Below are positions 34,892 through 44,232 of a DNA stretch of 44,232 nucleotides, piece by piece (positions within the stretch are counted from its first letter, which is position 1; every line of letters starts with the position of its first letter). Location of the stretch: contig CAYQFH010000001.1 of NCBI GenBank assembly GCA_964416755.1, forward strand, positions 1 through 44,232, in the 5' to 3' direction. Origin of the DNA: an uncultured Piscirickettsiaceae bacterium. Lineage in GTDB: Bacteria > Pseudomonadota > Gammaproteobacteria > GCF-002020875. The notes beneath the pieces were generated by a model. The model saw only the letters and a program-made list of their open reading frames with translations. It made no database searches and had not been told where the DNA came from. Made by a program: the position numbers and the translations under genes.

Positions 34892-35784
34892 GTGACATGA
34901 TCCAGCCGATTGTTGTGAAGAAATGCAGAAAATCTCTGCACCATTCACACAGCAGTTCCTGGAAGGTGGCACTTGCAGATTTCATGACTGCGCTGATGAC
35001 ACTGTTTCTGCTGTTGTGGCTGTTGGCGTCGACAACCCCGGAACAGCGTGCTGCGATTGCTACACAATTTCAGGGTGAAGGGCTGATGCCGGGTGACAAG
35101 CGTATGACTCTGGAAGAGGAGAATGGTGGAACCTCCAGTCAGTTGATTGATATGGGGGGGAGTCGAACAGAACGGGAGAAAGAGGAGGAGCGAGAGCAGA
35201 TTGAAGCAGAGAGTCGCAAGGAGATTAGCAAGATTTACCGTCAGGTGAAATCTGAGCAAGCGAGGATGAGAAAGCTTAAACGTGTGCTGGAGCAGACCAT
35301 TGAGCGTAGTAGTGTGATGAATAAATTCAAGGATCAGATTCTGTTGAAGCAGACTCCCGAAGGGTTACGTATTCAGATTGTGGATAAAAAGAACCGTTCC
35401 ATGTTTGATCGGGGTGGAGCAACACCAAAGAAGTATACTCAGAAGATTCTTATGCAGTTGGGCGCAACGATCAATATGGCACCCAACAAGATCTCGATTT
35501 CCGGTCATACGGATGCTTCCCGTTATAGCAGAATCAACTACAGCAACTGGGAGCTGTCGAGTGATCGGGCCAATGCAGCCCGCCGTTTTTTGGTAAAGGG
35601 AGGGATGCGTGAGCGGAAAATTGACCGTGTGGTCGGGTTGGCAGCCACAGACCCATTGGACGAGCGTAATCTGAAGAGCGCAGTCAATCGGAGAATCAGT
35701 ATTCTGGTGATGAACCGTTCCAATGAGACCTCACGTTATATGGAGGCTGTGACCAAACCTGGAAAGTCGCGTTCAGATCAATAG
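34888..35784 (+). CDS. motB: Flagellar stator MotB (E. coli-like)
   Basis: HHSH…WKVALADFMTA, EGLRIQIVD…R.MF, GHTDA, NWELSSDRANAARR and NRRISI; ATGA overlap with motA. Confidence 0.95.
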   Translation: MSDMIQPIVVKKCRKSLHHSHSSSWKVALADFMTALMTLFLLLWLLASTTPEQRAAIATQFQGEGLMPGDKRMTLEEENGGTSSQLIDMGGSRTEREKEEEREQIEAESRKEISKIYRQVKSEQARMRKLKRVLEQTIERSSVMNKFKDQILLKQTPEGLRIQIVDKKNRSMFDRGGATPKKYTQKILMQLGATINMAPNKISISGHTDASRYSRINYSNWELSSDRANAARRFLVKGGMRERKIDRVVGLAATDPLDERNLKSAVNRRISILVMNRSNETSRYMEAVTKPGKSRSDQ

Positions 35785-35868
35785 ACTTGCAGTGTAAAAA
35801 GCTGTCATTTAATTGTCAGAGCAGTATGGAAAATATACAACTGTATGAAATATAATGCCTATTTTTCG

Positions 35869-35884
35869 TGGCATCTAATTTGCT
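35869..35884 (+). promoter_or_regulatory. Sigma54 promoter of the fliM-flhF operon
   Basis: TGGCAT-CTAAT-TTGCT. Upstream lie an AT-rich IHF-like tract (~35838-35855) and a FleQ-box-like GTCATTTAATTGTC (35804-35817). Confidence 0.8.
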
Positions 35885-35942
35885 AGCAGCTTGATGTTAG
35901 CCGAATTTTAAATTGAATTAGATAAGGATACTTGAAACCAAG

Positions 35943-37004
35943 ATGGATGATCTGCTGTCACAAGCTGAAGTTGATGCCCTCCTCAGTGGAATGGATGGGG
36001 GGGACGTTGAGACGGATGCAGGTCTGGGATTCGACCTGGATGGAGATATATCCGCGTTCGACTTTACCACGCAGGAGCGCATTATCCGTGGGCGTATGCC
36101 TACGCTGGAGATGATTGCGGAGCGTTTTGCTCGTAATCACCGAATCACGCTGTTCAACATGTTGCGCAAGACGGTTGAGATTGGTGTGGTCGGTATCAAT
36201 GTGGTGAAGTTCAGTGAGTATCTGAGAAATCTGTTTCTGCCAACCAGTCTCAATCTGGTGCGTATGCGACCATTTCGTGGCACTGCACTGGTGACCTTCG
36301 ATCCAAAGTTGGTTTTTTCCGCTGTGGACTACTATTTCGGTGGGCTTGGGAAGTTTGCATTCCGTATTGAGGGTAGAGAGTTCACCATTGTTGAGAATCG
36401 TGTTATCGGTATGCTGTTGGAGCGTTTTTTCCAGGATATGGCACCGGCATGGGAGATGGTTGAGCAGATTGAGTTTGAGTCGGTGGGGCATGAAGTGAAT
36501 CCACAGTTTGCCAATATTGTTGGGCCGACTGACCCGGTCGTGGTGATGGAGATGAGCGTCGATCTGGAAGGCGTTGGTGGTGAAGTCCATATGGTGATTC
36601 CCTATCAGATGCTTGACCCCGTTCGTGAGAAACTGGAGTCTGGTACGCAGACGGAAGGTGGAGACCTGGATGATCGCTGGCTGCGTGCGCTACACCATGA
36701 AGTGGAAGGGATTAATGTCGAGCTCTCCTGTGAGTTGACTGAGGTACAAATGCGGGTGAGTGATGTAATGAAGATGGAGCCGGGTGATATCATTCCGATC
36801 GATATGCCGGAAAATGTGTTGTTGAGAGCACGTGATGTGCCGGTTGTCCGTGGAAGCCTCGGAATGCACGATGGCTGCAAGGCGATTCGAGTGGCGGAAG
36901 GAGTCGAGGTGCCCGAGCTGGTTCTGGAAATAAATAAAAAAACAGAAGAAGAGCAAGACCAGAGAGAAGTGAGTGAGAATGCAGAGGTTGCAGTTGCTCA
37001 ATAA
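35943..37004 (+). CDS. fliM: Flagellar motor switch protein FliM
   Basis: LSQAEVDALL CheY-binding peptide, RGRMPTLE, REFT..E, EVNPQFA and a C-terminal SpoA domain. Confidence 0.97.
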   Translation: MDDLLSQAEVDALLSGMDGGDVETDAGLGFDLDGDISAFDFTTQERIIRGRMPTLEMIAERFARNHRITLFNMLRKTVEIGVVGINVVKFSEYLRNLFLPTSLNLVRMRPFRGTALVTFDPKLVFSAVDYYFGGLGKFAFRIEGREFTIVENRVIGMLLERFFQDMAPAWEMVEQIEFESVGHEVNPQFANIVGPTDPVVVMEMSVDLEGVGGEVHMVIPYQMLDPVREKLESGTQTEGGDLDDRWLRALHHEVEGINVELSCELTEVQMRVSDVMKMEPGDIIPIDMPENVLLRARDVPVVRGSLGMHDGCKAIRVAEGVEVPELVLEINKKTEEEQDQREVSENAEVAVAQ

Positions 37005-37055
37005 CTCTTGTTTTTGAATGCAAATAGATGAATGAATTAGAGTCGAGAAGTAACC

Positions 37056-37454
37056 ATGAGTGAAGAAGAGGGTGTAGAAGAGCAAGACCTGGGAGGTGAC
37101 CTGGGGGATGATTGGGGAGATGCTCTGGCAGAACAGGGGGTGGATGCTGCAGAGATGGAGGACTTCACCGGATCAGGAGGGGATGGTGAAGAGATCAATC
37201 TTGATGTGGTGCTGGATGTCCCGGTTACACTCTCGATGGAGGTGGGGACCACCATGATTACCATCCGTAATCTGTTACAGTTAACGCAGGGTTCTGTAGT
37301 TGAGTTGGACCGTCTTGCTGGAGAAACCCTGGATATCAAGGCGAATGGCACCCTGATTGCCCATGGTGAGGTGGTCGTGGTCAATGAGAAGTTTGGTATT
37401 CGTGTGTTGGATGTGGTTACACCGGAAGAGCGCATCCGCAAGATTAAAGAGTAA
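37056..37454 (+). CDS. fliN: Flagellar motor switch protein FliN
   Basis: LDVPVTLSMEVG, GSVVELDRLAGE and GEVVVVNEKFGIR. Confidence 0.97.
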   Translation: MSEEEGVEEQDLGGDLGDDWGDALAEQGVDAAEMEDFTGSGGDGEEINLDVVLDVPVTLSMEVGTTMITIRNLLQLTQGSVVELDRLAGETLDIKANGTLIAHGEVVVVNEKFGIRVLDVVTPEERIRKIKE

Positions 37455-37465
37455 CTGAAGAGAGA

Positions 37466-37861
37466 GTGATGGCACCAGAACCGAGTGGACAAGCTGTAGA
37501 GTTGGTGAGTCAGCCATTGGGGATGGGACAGCTGTTCCAGACCTTCTTCAGTCTGTTACTGGTAATCCTTTTGATTATTGGTATTGCCTGGGTGTTGCGA
37601 CGAAGTGGCCGTTTTGGTTCCGCATTGGGTGGTCAGCTCCGTGCAATCGGTGGCTTGTCATTGGGGGGGCGTGATCGTATTCTGTTGGTGGATGCAGGAG
37701 GCACCCACCTGTTAATCGGGATATCGCCTGCAGGCATCCGAACGTTGCACGTCTTTCCGGAACCACTGGATCTCGGTGAAGAGTACAGTGGAGGGGCACC
37801 GCCTCCCTTTGCAGATACCTTGCAGAAGATACTCAGTAAACAAGAAAAGCGAGATGACTAA
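37466..37861 (+). CDS. fliO: Flagellar biosynthesis protein FliO
   Basis: Single TM helix, LSLGGRDRILLV and LLIGI; lies between fliN and fliP. Confidence 0.9.
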   Translation: MMAPEPSGQAVELVSQPLGMGQLFQTFFSLLLVILLIIGIAWVLRRSGRFGSALGGQLRAIGGLSLGGRDRILLVDAGGTHLLIGISPAGIRTLHVFPEPLDLGEEYSGGAPPPFADTLQKILSKQEKRDD

Positions 37862-38606
37862 ACAATATTCAACAGTAAGCAGGGTGCTCCTGCTTTTTGT
37901 CGTTCTGATAGCACCGGTTTCCACGGTCTCTGCGGCAGGGATTCCGGCAGTTACCCTGAGTGAGGATGGAGGCACTTATACCCTCAGTCTCCAGATCCTG
38001 ATCATGATGACGATGCTGACGTTACTTCCGGCAGCGTTCATGACCATGACCTCTTTTATGCGTATTGTGATTGTATTGGCCTTGCTAAGGCAGGCGCTGG
38101 GTACAATGCAGAGTCCAAATAACCAGATCCTGATCGGTCTGGCGATGTTCATGACCTTCTTTATTATGGCGCCGGCCTTCAATCAGGCCTATGAAGAGGC
38201 GGTTGTGCCGTTGATGGCAGAGGAGATCGGGATGGAGGATGCGCTGAAAAAGGCGGCAGTTCCATTTCGAACCTTCATGATGCGACAGGTTAGAGAGGAT
38301 GATCTTGCATTCTTCGGAGAGATGTCGGGGGTAGAGTCTTTTGAGAGTGAGGCGTCTGTGCCATTCTCCGTGCTCATGCCCTCTTTTTTGACCAGTGAGT
38401 TGAAGACGGCGTTTCAGATCGGATTCCTGATCTTTATCCCGTTTCTGATTATCGATATTGTTGTGGCCAGTCTGTTGATGTCGATGGGTATGATGATGCT
38501 CTCGCCGATGATTATCTCCCTGCCATTCAAGATCATGCTGTTTGTGCTGGTGGATGGCTGGACACTGGTGTTGGGTACATTGGCTTCCAGTTTTATGGTG
38601 CAGTGA
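37854..38606 (+). CDS. fliP: Export gate protein FliP
   Basis: MTSFMRIVIVL..LRQALG, SELKTAFQIGF and PFKIMLFVLVDGW; start set at ATG 37854. Confidence 0.97.
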   Translation: MTKQYSTVSRVLLLFVVLIAPVSTVSAAGIPAVTLSEDGGTYTLSLQILIMMTMLTLLPAAFMTMTSFMRIVIVLALLRQALGTMQSPNNQILIGLAMFMTFFIMAPAFNQAYEEAVVPLMAEEIGMEDALKKAAVPFRTFMMRQVREDDLAFFGEMSGVESFESEASVPFSVLMPSFLTSELKTAFQIGFLIFIPFLIIDIVVASLLMSMGMMMLSPMIISLPFKIMLFVLVDGWTLVLGTLASSFMVQ

Positions 38607-38619
38607 AAAGGAGTAGAGG

Positions 38620-38889
38620 ATGACCCCTGAGACTGTAATTACTGTGGGGCAGCAGGCGATGGAGGTTGCCGCAATGATTTCAGCACCACTGCTGTTGGCG
38701 TCATTGGCGATTGGTCTGCTGATTGGCGTGTTTCAGGCGGCAACCCAGATCAATGAGATGACGCTCAGCTTTATCCCAAAACTGGCGGTGATCATGGTGG
38801 TGTTGATGATGTCAGGTAACTGGATGTTGATGACCATTATGGATTTCATGCGTCGCCTCTATGAGAATATCCCCTTCCTGATTGGCTGA
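38620..38889 (+). CDS. fliQ: Export gate protein FliQ
   Basis: FQAATQINEMTLSFIPK; 89 aa. Confidence 0.97.
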   Translation: MTPETVITVGQQAMEVAAMISAPLLLASLAIGLLIGVFQAATQINEMTLSFIPKLAVIMVVLMMSGNWMLMTIMDFMRRLYENIPFLIG

Positions 38890-39668
38890 TGAGCTTTACA
38901 GTAGGTCAACTGAACGAATTTATTGGCTACTACTTCTGGCCATTCATGCGGGTGACCGGAATGTTGATTGTGGCCCCGATGTTCTCTACACGTACTGTAC
39001 CGATGCGGATTCGGTTAATGGCCACGGTTCTGATTACCATGGTGATGGCGCCAGTTCTGCCGCCGATGCCGATTCTTGATCCATTTACCCTTGCTGGTGT
39101 TTTGCAGATTGCCAATCAGTTCATGATTGGTTTGGCAATGGGGTTTGTGTTGTCGATGATCTTTGCTGCGTACACCGTTGCAGCGCAGACGATGGGTATG
39201 TCGATGGGACTGGGGTTTGCGATGGCGGTTGATCCCAATAATGGTATTCAGGTGCCGGTGTTGGCGCAGTTCTATGTACTGTTTGCGACACTGATATTCA
39301 TGTCGATTAATGGACATCTACTGATTATTGACACCTTGCGTGAAAGTTTTACAGTGATGCCGGTAGGAGAGCATGGGCTGTCCAAAGACTCGATTTGGGC
39401 GGTAGCATCTTGGGCCAGGATGATCTTTATCTGGGGGTTGAAGATTGCGCTGCCTATCGTGGTGACGTTGCTGTTGATCAATGTCTCTTTTGGTGTGGTT
39501 ACTCGTGCAGCACCTCAGTTGAATATCTTTGCGGTTGGTTTTCCTGTCAGCATCATGGTTGGTTTCTGGCTGGTGATGATCTCTCTTCCAACCATCTATC
39601 CACGTTTGGTAGAGCTGATGGAGAGCGCCTTCTCTACCATTCAAGGGCTACGTCTGATTGGAGGATAG
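38889..39668 (+). CDS. fliR: Export gate protein FliR
   Basis: MGLGFA..VDP, NGHL and RAAPQLNIFAVGFP. Confidence 0.97.
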   Translation: MSFTVGQLNEFIGYYFWPFMRVTGMLIVAPMFSTRTVPMRIRLMATVLITMVMAPVLPPMPILDPFTLAGVLQIANQFMIGLAMGFVLSMIFAAYTVAAQTMGMSMGLGFAMAVDPNNGIQVPVLAQFYVLFATLIFMSINGHLLIIDTLRESFTVMPVGEHGLSKDSIWAVASWARMIFIWGLKIALPIVVTLLLINVSFGVVTRAAPQLNIFAVGFPVSIMVGFWLVMISLPTIYPRLVELMESAFSTIQGLRLIGG

Positions 39669-39671
39669 GAT

Positions 39672-40844
39672 ATGGCAGAGAATCAGGATGGTACTGAAAA
39701 GACGGAAGAGCCCACCAGCAAGCGCCTTGAACAGGCGCGTGAAAAAGGGCAGATTCCCCGGTCGAGAGATCTCAATACTTTCGTGATGTTGATTATGGCA
39801 GCAGTCTCTTTTCTCACGTTGGGAGGAGAGATGGGGCGTCAAGTTTTGGCGGGGCTGGCTCGTGGCCTGCAACCCGGGCGCCACTATTTTTATGATACCA
39901 ATGCGATGTTGGGGTTGATGGTGGATCTGTTGCTGGACGGGATCTGGTTGATGCTCCCTTTTATTGCAGTAATGGTGCTCTCGGCCATTGCTGCCCCTGT
40001 GTTGATGGGGGGGTGGTCGTTCAGTACCCAGGCAATGGCCTTTAAAATCAGCAAACTCAATCCGATTTCCGGGATTGGCCGAATGTTTTCTATAAAAACT
40101 CTGGTTGAGCTGCTCAAGGCGATCGGCAAATTTGCTTTGGTGATGTCGGTTGCAACCGGATTGATGATCTCCCAGTTGGATATCTTTCTCGGTTTGGGAG
40201 AGGAGCCGATCAATCAGGCGATTCTTCATGCGATGACAATGATCGCCTGGTTCTTTCTGATTCTGGCATTTACTCTGGTTGCGATTGTGGCGATTGATGT
40301 CCCTTTTCAACTCTATACCCATAATCAGCAGTTGAAGATGACACTGCAAGAGGTGAAGGATGAGCAGAAGGAGACCATGGGTCGTCCTGAAGTCAAACAG
40401 CAGATTCGCCGCAGACAGCAAGAGGTGGCAATGTCACGGATGATGCAGGATGTGCCAGAGGCCGATGTGGTGGTGACCAACCCAACCCATTTTGCAGTAG
40501 CTCTGAAGTATGATCAGAGTGGTGCAGGGGCACCTGTCGTGGTTGCCAAGGGGGCGGATCTGGTTGCCACCCAGATCCGTACTGTAGCGCAGTCCAATAG
40601 TGTCACGATGGTTTCGGCACCTCCACTGGCGCGTGCGCTCTACTTCTCTGCAGAGATTGGCCATGAAATTCCGCAAGGGCTCTATATGGCAATCGCCCAA
40701 CTGTTGGCGCATGTCTATCAACTGGATGCTGCCGCAGGAGGGGAAGAACCGATGGTGATGGGGGATTTGCCTATTCCGCAGGAGTTCCGGCTGGATGCTG
40801 AGGGTAATCCGGAGTTGGATGCAGCGGCTGGTAGTGTGAATTAA
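39672..40844 (+). CDS. flhB: Export switch protein FlhB
   Basis: EKTEEPT, LKMT.QEVKDE.K, the NPTH autocleavage site and PPLARALY. Confidence 0.97.
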   Translation: MAENQDGTEKTEEPTSKRLEQAREKGQIPRSRDLNTFVMLIMAAVSFLTLGGEMGRQVLAGLARGLQPGRHYFYDTNAMLGLMVDLLLDGIWLMLPFIAVMVLSAIAAPVLMGGWSFSTQAMAFKISKLNPISGIGRMFSIKTLVELLKAIGKFALVMSVATGLMISQLDIFLGLGEEPINQAILHAMTMIAWFFLILAFTLVAIVAIDVPFQLYTHNQQLKMTLQEVKDEQKETMGRPEVKQQIRRRQQEVAMSRMMQDVPEADVVVTNPTHFAVALKYDQSGAGAPVVVAKGADLVATQIRTVAQSNSVTMVSAPPLARALYFSAEIGHEIPQGLYMAIAQLLAHVYQLDAAAGGEEPMVMGDLPIPQEFRLDAEGNPELDAAAGSVN

Positions 40845-40869
40845 CGCTTCAGTTCAGTAGAATGACGCG

Positions 40870-42951
40870 ATGAATCTTGAGTTGATCAAAAAAATGATGA
40901 TGCAGGGGATGGGGGCCCCGGTGTTATTAGTGATGATCCTGTCGATGTTGATCATCCCATTGGCCCCTTGGGCGCTGGATATCTTCTTTACCTTCAATAT
41001 CGCACTGGGGTTGATCATTTTGATGACCGCAGTCTATGCAATGCGACCACTCGATTTCTCGGTTTTTCCAACCATCATCCTGGTGTCGACCTTGTTGCGT
41101 TTGGCGCTGAATGTGGCCTCCACTCGAGTCATTCTGATGGAGGGGCATGCAGGCGGTGGGGCAGCAGGCAATGTGATTGAAGCCTTTGGAAACTTTGTGA
41201 TCGGGGGTAATTTTGCGGTTGGTCTGGTGGTCTTCATGATTTTGGTAATCATCAATTTTATGGTTATTACCAAAGGCGCGGGGCGTGTCTCCGAGGTGGG
41301 TGCTCGTTTCACTCTGGATGCGATGCCCGGTAAACAGATGGCGATTGATGCAGACCTCAATGCGGGAATTATCGATCAGGATGAGGCACGTCAGCGACGT
41401 GAAGATGTGGCTGCTGAGGCGGACTTCTACGGCTCCATGGATGGTGCCAGCAAATTTGTTCGAGGTGACGCCATCGCAGGCATTCTGATTCTCTTTATCA
41501 ATATTGTTGGCGGTTTTACCATTGGTATGGCGCAGCATGATTTGAGTGCTGCGCAAGCTGCCGAGACCTATATCATTTTAACCGTAGGGGATGGGTTAGT
41601 CGCGCAAATTCCGGCATTGGTGCTTTCTACTGCAACGGCAATCGTCGTAACCCGGGTCTCAGGCACCTCTGATCTTGGTGAGCAGGTGACCGGGCAGTTG
41701 GCCAAACCACAGACCCTCTACGTCGCGGCAGGGATTATTGGGTTGCTAGGTGTAATTCCGGGTATGCCCAATATGGCCTTTCTGACACTGGCTGCAATTT
41801 TAGGGGGGGCGGCCTGGTTGATTGCTCAGCGCGTGGCACAGGAGAAGGTAGCAGAAGCGGTGGCGGCAGAGGAGATGGAAGCGGTTGATGAGATGCCGAG
41901 AGAGCGGGATGTGGGCTGGGATGATGTAGAGACAGTGGATCCGTTGACGCTTGAGGTGGGGTATCGTCTGATTCCGATGGTGGATACCAATCAGGGAGGG
42001 GAGTTGATCGACCGGATCAAAGGGGTACGCCGTAAACTGTCCAAGGAGCTCGGATTTCTGGTGCATGCCGTCCATATCAAGGATAACCTTGATCTCAACC
42101 CCAATACCTATCGGGTGCAGCTGATGGGAGTGCCGGTTGGGGAGGGAGATCTGCAGCCAGACCACTATTTGGCGATCAATCCGGGGCAGGTGTTCGGTGA
42201 ATTGGAGGGGACACACACCAAGGATCCGACCTTTGGCATGGATGCAGTCTGGATTGATGGGGATCATCAGGAGCATGCGCAGTCGATGGGGTATACCGTG
42301 GTGGATGCCAGCACCGTTGTGGCTACCCATCTGAGTGATATCGTGCGCACTCATGCCAGCGAGTTGATTGGTGTGGATGAGGTGAAAGAGCTGTTGGATC
42401 GCCTTGCCGAAAATGCTCCCAAATTGGTTGAAGGGTTGGTGCCTGATACGGTGGGCTGGTCCGTGGTATTGAAAGTGCTGCAGAACCTGTTGGAAGAGGG
42501 GGTCTCCATCCGTGATATGCGCACTATTGCTGAAACTTTGGCGGAATTTGCGCCAAAGGGTCAAGATCCTGACGCCCTGACAATGGCGGTAAGGAACGCC
42601 TTGGGACGCTCCATTGTGCAGGAACTCGCAGGTATTGCTGGCGAGCTGCCTGTGATTACGCTGGATCCAGGATTGGAACAGATATTGCATCAGTCGGTCC
42701 AGGGTGACGGAACAGGTGGTTCCGCGCTGGAACCTGGATTGGCTGAGAGAATGAATCAATCATTGATGGAGGCGGTACAACAGCAAGAGGCGGAGGGGCA
42801 ACCGGCGGTATTACTGGTTGCACCTACAATTCGTCGCCTGTTGGCACGTATGTTCCGCCACTCTCTGCCCGATCTGGCTGTGCTCTCCTATACTGAAGTA
42901 CCGGATGATCGCTCTATTCGAATGGTGGCGAATGTTGGTGGCCAAGAGTAG
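40870..42951 (+). CDS. flhA: Export apparatus protein FlhA
   Basis: RLALNVASTR, RVSEVGARFTLDAMPGKQMAIDADLN and FYGSMDGASKFVRGDA. Confidence 0.98.
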   Translation: MNLELIKKMMMQGMGAPVLLVMILSMLIIPLAPWALDIFFTFNIALGLIILMTAVYAMRPLDFSVFPTIILVSTLLRLALNVASTRVILMEGHAGGGAAGNVIEAFGNFVIGGNFAVGLVVFMILVIINFMVITKGAGRVSEVGARFTLDAMPGKQMAIDADLNAGIIDQDEARQRREDVAAEADFYGSMDGASKFVRGDAIAGILILFINIVGGFTIGMAQHDLSAAQAAETYIILTVGDGLVAQIPALVLSTATAIVVTRVSGTSDLGEQVTGQLAKPQTLYVAAGIIGLLGVIPGMPNMAFLTLAAILGGAAWLIAQRVAQEKVAEAVAAEEMEAVDEMPRERDVGWDDVETVDPLTLEVGYRLIPMVDTNQGGELIDRIKGVRRKLSKELGFLVHAVHIKDNLDLNPNTYRVQLMGVPVGEGDLQPDHYLAINPGQVFGELEGTHTKDPTFGMDAVWIDGDHQEHAQSMGYTVVDASTVVATHLSDIVRTHASELIGVDEVKELLDRLAENAPKLVEGLVPDTVGWSVVLKVLQNLLEEGVSIRDMRTIAETLAEFAPKGQDPDALTMAVRNALGRSIVQELAGIAGELPVITLDPGLEQILHQSVQGDGTGGSALEPGLAERMNQSLMEAVQQQEAEGQPAVLLVAPTIRRLLARMFRHSLPDLAVLSYTEVPDDRSIRMVANVGGQE

Positions 42952-42995
42952 GTGGGTGAGACGATAAAAGATTGATAGTTAGAGAATAATTTTAG

Positions 42996-44198
42996 ATGAA
43001 GATGCGTCGTTTTTTTGCTCCTACTGTTTCTCAGGCACTCAAGCAGGTGCGCCGTGAACAGGGTAGTGAGGCGGTAATCCTCTCTCAGCGCAAGGTTGAG
43101 GGGGGGGTTGAAGTGGTGGCTGCTGTGGATCCTGATATGGTGGAGGTTGCAGAGCAGAAGCCCGCCCCCGTCAGAAGTCGTGACCATCATGCCAATTTCA
43201 AGCACCGTCCGTCAACCGATGTAACTTCTACCGCTGAACCCGTGGTTGCTGCAGCATCGTCGGGCTCTCAAGAGATGAAGGAGATGCGCCGCGAGATGCA
43301 GGAGATGCGTACCTTGATGGAGCAACACCTCTCGTTGGTGCAGCGTGTCTCTCCGGTGGAGGGCGATCCGCAGCAGGCCTGGCTCAATGATCGACTTGCA
43401 GAGATCGGCATTGCTACTGATGTGGCAGAGCGTATCTGGGAATCTGTCAAAGAGAGTGACCCCAATACCCATTGGCAGCAGGCACTGAACTGGTTGGAGG
43501 TGACCCTGCCAACAGGGGAGGATGATGTATTGCAAAATGGTGGTGTAATTGCGTTGGTGGGGCCAACCGGTGTCGGAAAAACGACAACGGCGGCAAAGCT
43601 GGCTGCACGCTATGCACTACGTAATGGCACCAGTCGAGTTGCGCTGGTGACGACAGATGCCTTCCGTATTGGTGCACAAGAGCAGCTCAGAGCCTTCGGT
43701 TCACTGATTGGTGTGCCGGTCTATGCGGTTTCCGAAATCAGTGAATTGCATAATACACTGCACTCCTTGGGTGACCGTGATCTGGTTATTATTGATACTG
43801 CAGGGTTGAGCCAGCGGGATATGCAGCTGCTGGAGCAGTTGGCAGTACTACGCACGGGTGAGATCAATATCGACCCCTATCTGGTGATTTCGGCTACGAC
43901 ACAAGAGTCTGCACTGGATGAGACGGTAGAGATCTTCAATCGTATTGACCTCAAAGGGGCTATTCTTTCCAAGCTGGATGAGGGTGGAGAGTTGGGAGGG
44001 GCGGCCAGTGTACTGTTGCGTCACCAGTTGCCTCTGCTTTATTTTGGCGATGGGCAGCGTGTCCCTGAAGATCTCCAGGTTGCGCGTGGGCGGGATCTGG
44101 TGGATCGTCTGGCGTCACAGCGGCGCACGGAAAAACAGCGGCTGACCGTGGTGCAGGGTGGACGACAGATGCAACGCAGCTTGCAGGCGGTAGGATAA
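42996..44198 (+). CDS. flhF: SRP-family GTPase FlhF (polar flagellum placement)
   Basis: MKMRRFFA N-terminus, GPTGVGKTT, D.FRIGA.EQL, DTAG, SKLDE and GQRVPEDL. Confidence 0.96.
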   Translation: MKMRRFFAPTVSQALKQVRREQGSEAVILSQRKVEGGVEVVAAVDPDMVEVAEQKPAPVRSRDHHANFKHRPSTDVTSTAEPVVAAASSGSQEMKEMRREMQEMRTLMEQHLSLVQRVSPVEGDPQQAWLNDRLAEIGIATDVAERIWESVKESDPNTHWQQALNWLEVTLPTGEDDVLQNGGVIALVGPTGVGKTTTAAKLAARYALRNGTSRVALVTTDAFRIGAQEQLRAFGSLIGVPVYAVSEISELHNTLHSLGDRDLVIIDTAGLSQRDMQLLEQLAVLRTGEINIDPYLVISATTQESALDETVEIFNRIDLKGAILSKLDEGGELGGAASVLLRHQLPLLYFGDGQRVPEDLQVARGRDLVDRLASQRRTEKQRLTVVQGGRQMQRSLQAVG

Positions 44199-44202
44199 CG
44201 AT

Positions 44203-44232
44203 ATGGCAGATCAGGTAGAAGGAATCAGAGCG
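44203..44232 (+). CDS. flhG: Probable start of FlhG/FleN (truncated by window end)
   Basis: MADQVEGIRA resembles the FlhG N-terminal DQAxxLR motif and directly follows flhF. Confidence 0.65.
   Translation, partial: MADQVEGIRA

Overview
A gene-dense chromosomal window, most likely from a marine gammaproteobacterium and possibly a sulfur oxidiser (inferred from the exported CPPFC/CNGPWC rhodanese and the PomAB-type stator). The left half holds housekeeping and signalling genes: the 3' part of htpG, dacB, a BolA gene, two transporter-less periplasmic binding proteins with a TorS-like hybrid kinase and a REC-kinase, an RNB ribonuclease, an SCO/copper-like three-gene cluster, an ABC-F gene, a small 4-Cys gene with gdh, ung and a DMT gene, an exported rhodanese with a PAS kinase, and a sigma54-preceded double-CxxC orphan. 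The right half is a motility island: pomA-pomB-PilZ-PBP1A on the minus strand; a divergent chemosensory cluster (cheW, cheY, cheA, parA, STAS, CheZ-like, poly-HAMP MCP) with no cheR/cheB; a second, E. coli-like motAB; and a sigma54-driven fliMNOPQR-flhBAF-(flhG) operon lacking fliL. I saw no rRNA, tRNA, CRISPR array, transposase or prophage. The most unusual items are a ~250-bp CGCAGAGA inverted-repeat element that the dacB frame reads through, the dual binding-protein/TorS-like sensing module, the rhodanese-kinase pair, and a shortened class A PBP coupled to stator and PilZ genes. All family assignments come from recognising motifs by eye; no database search was run.
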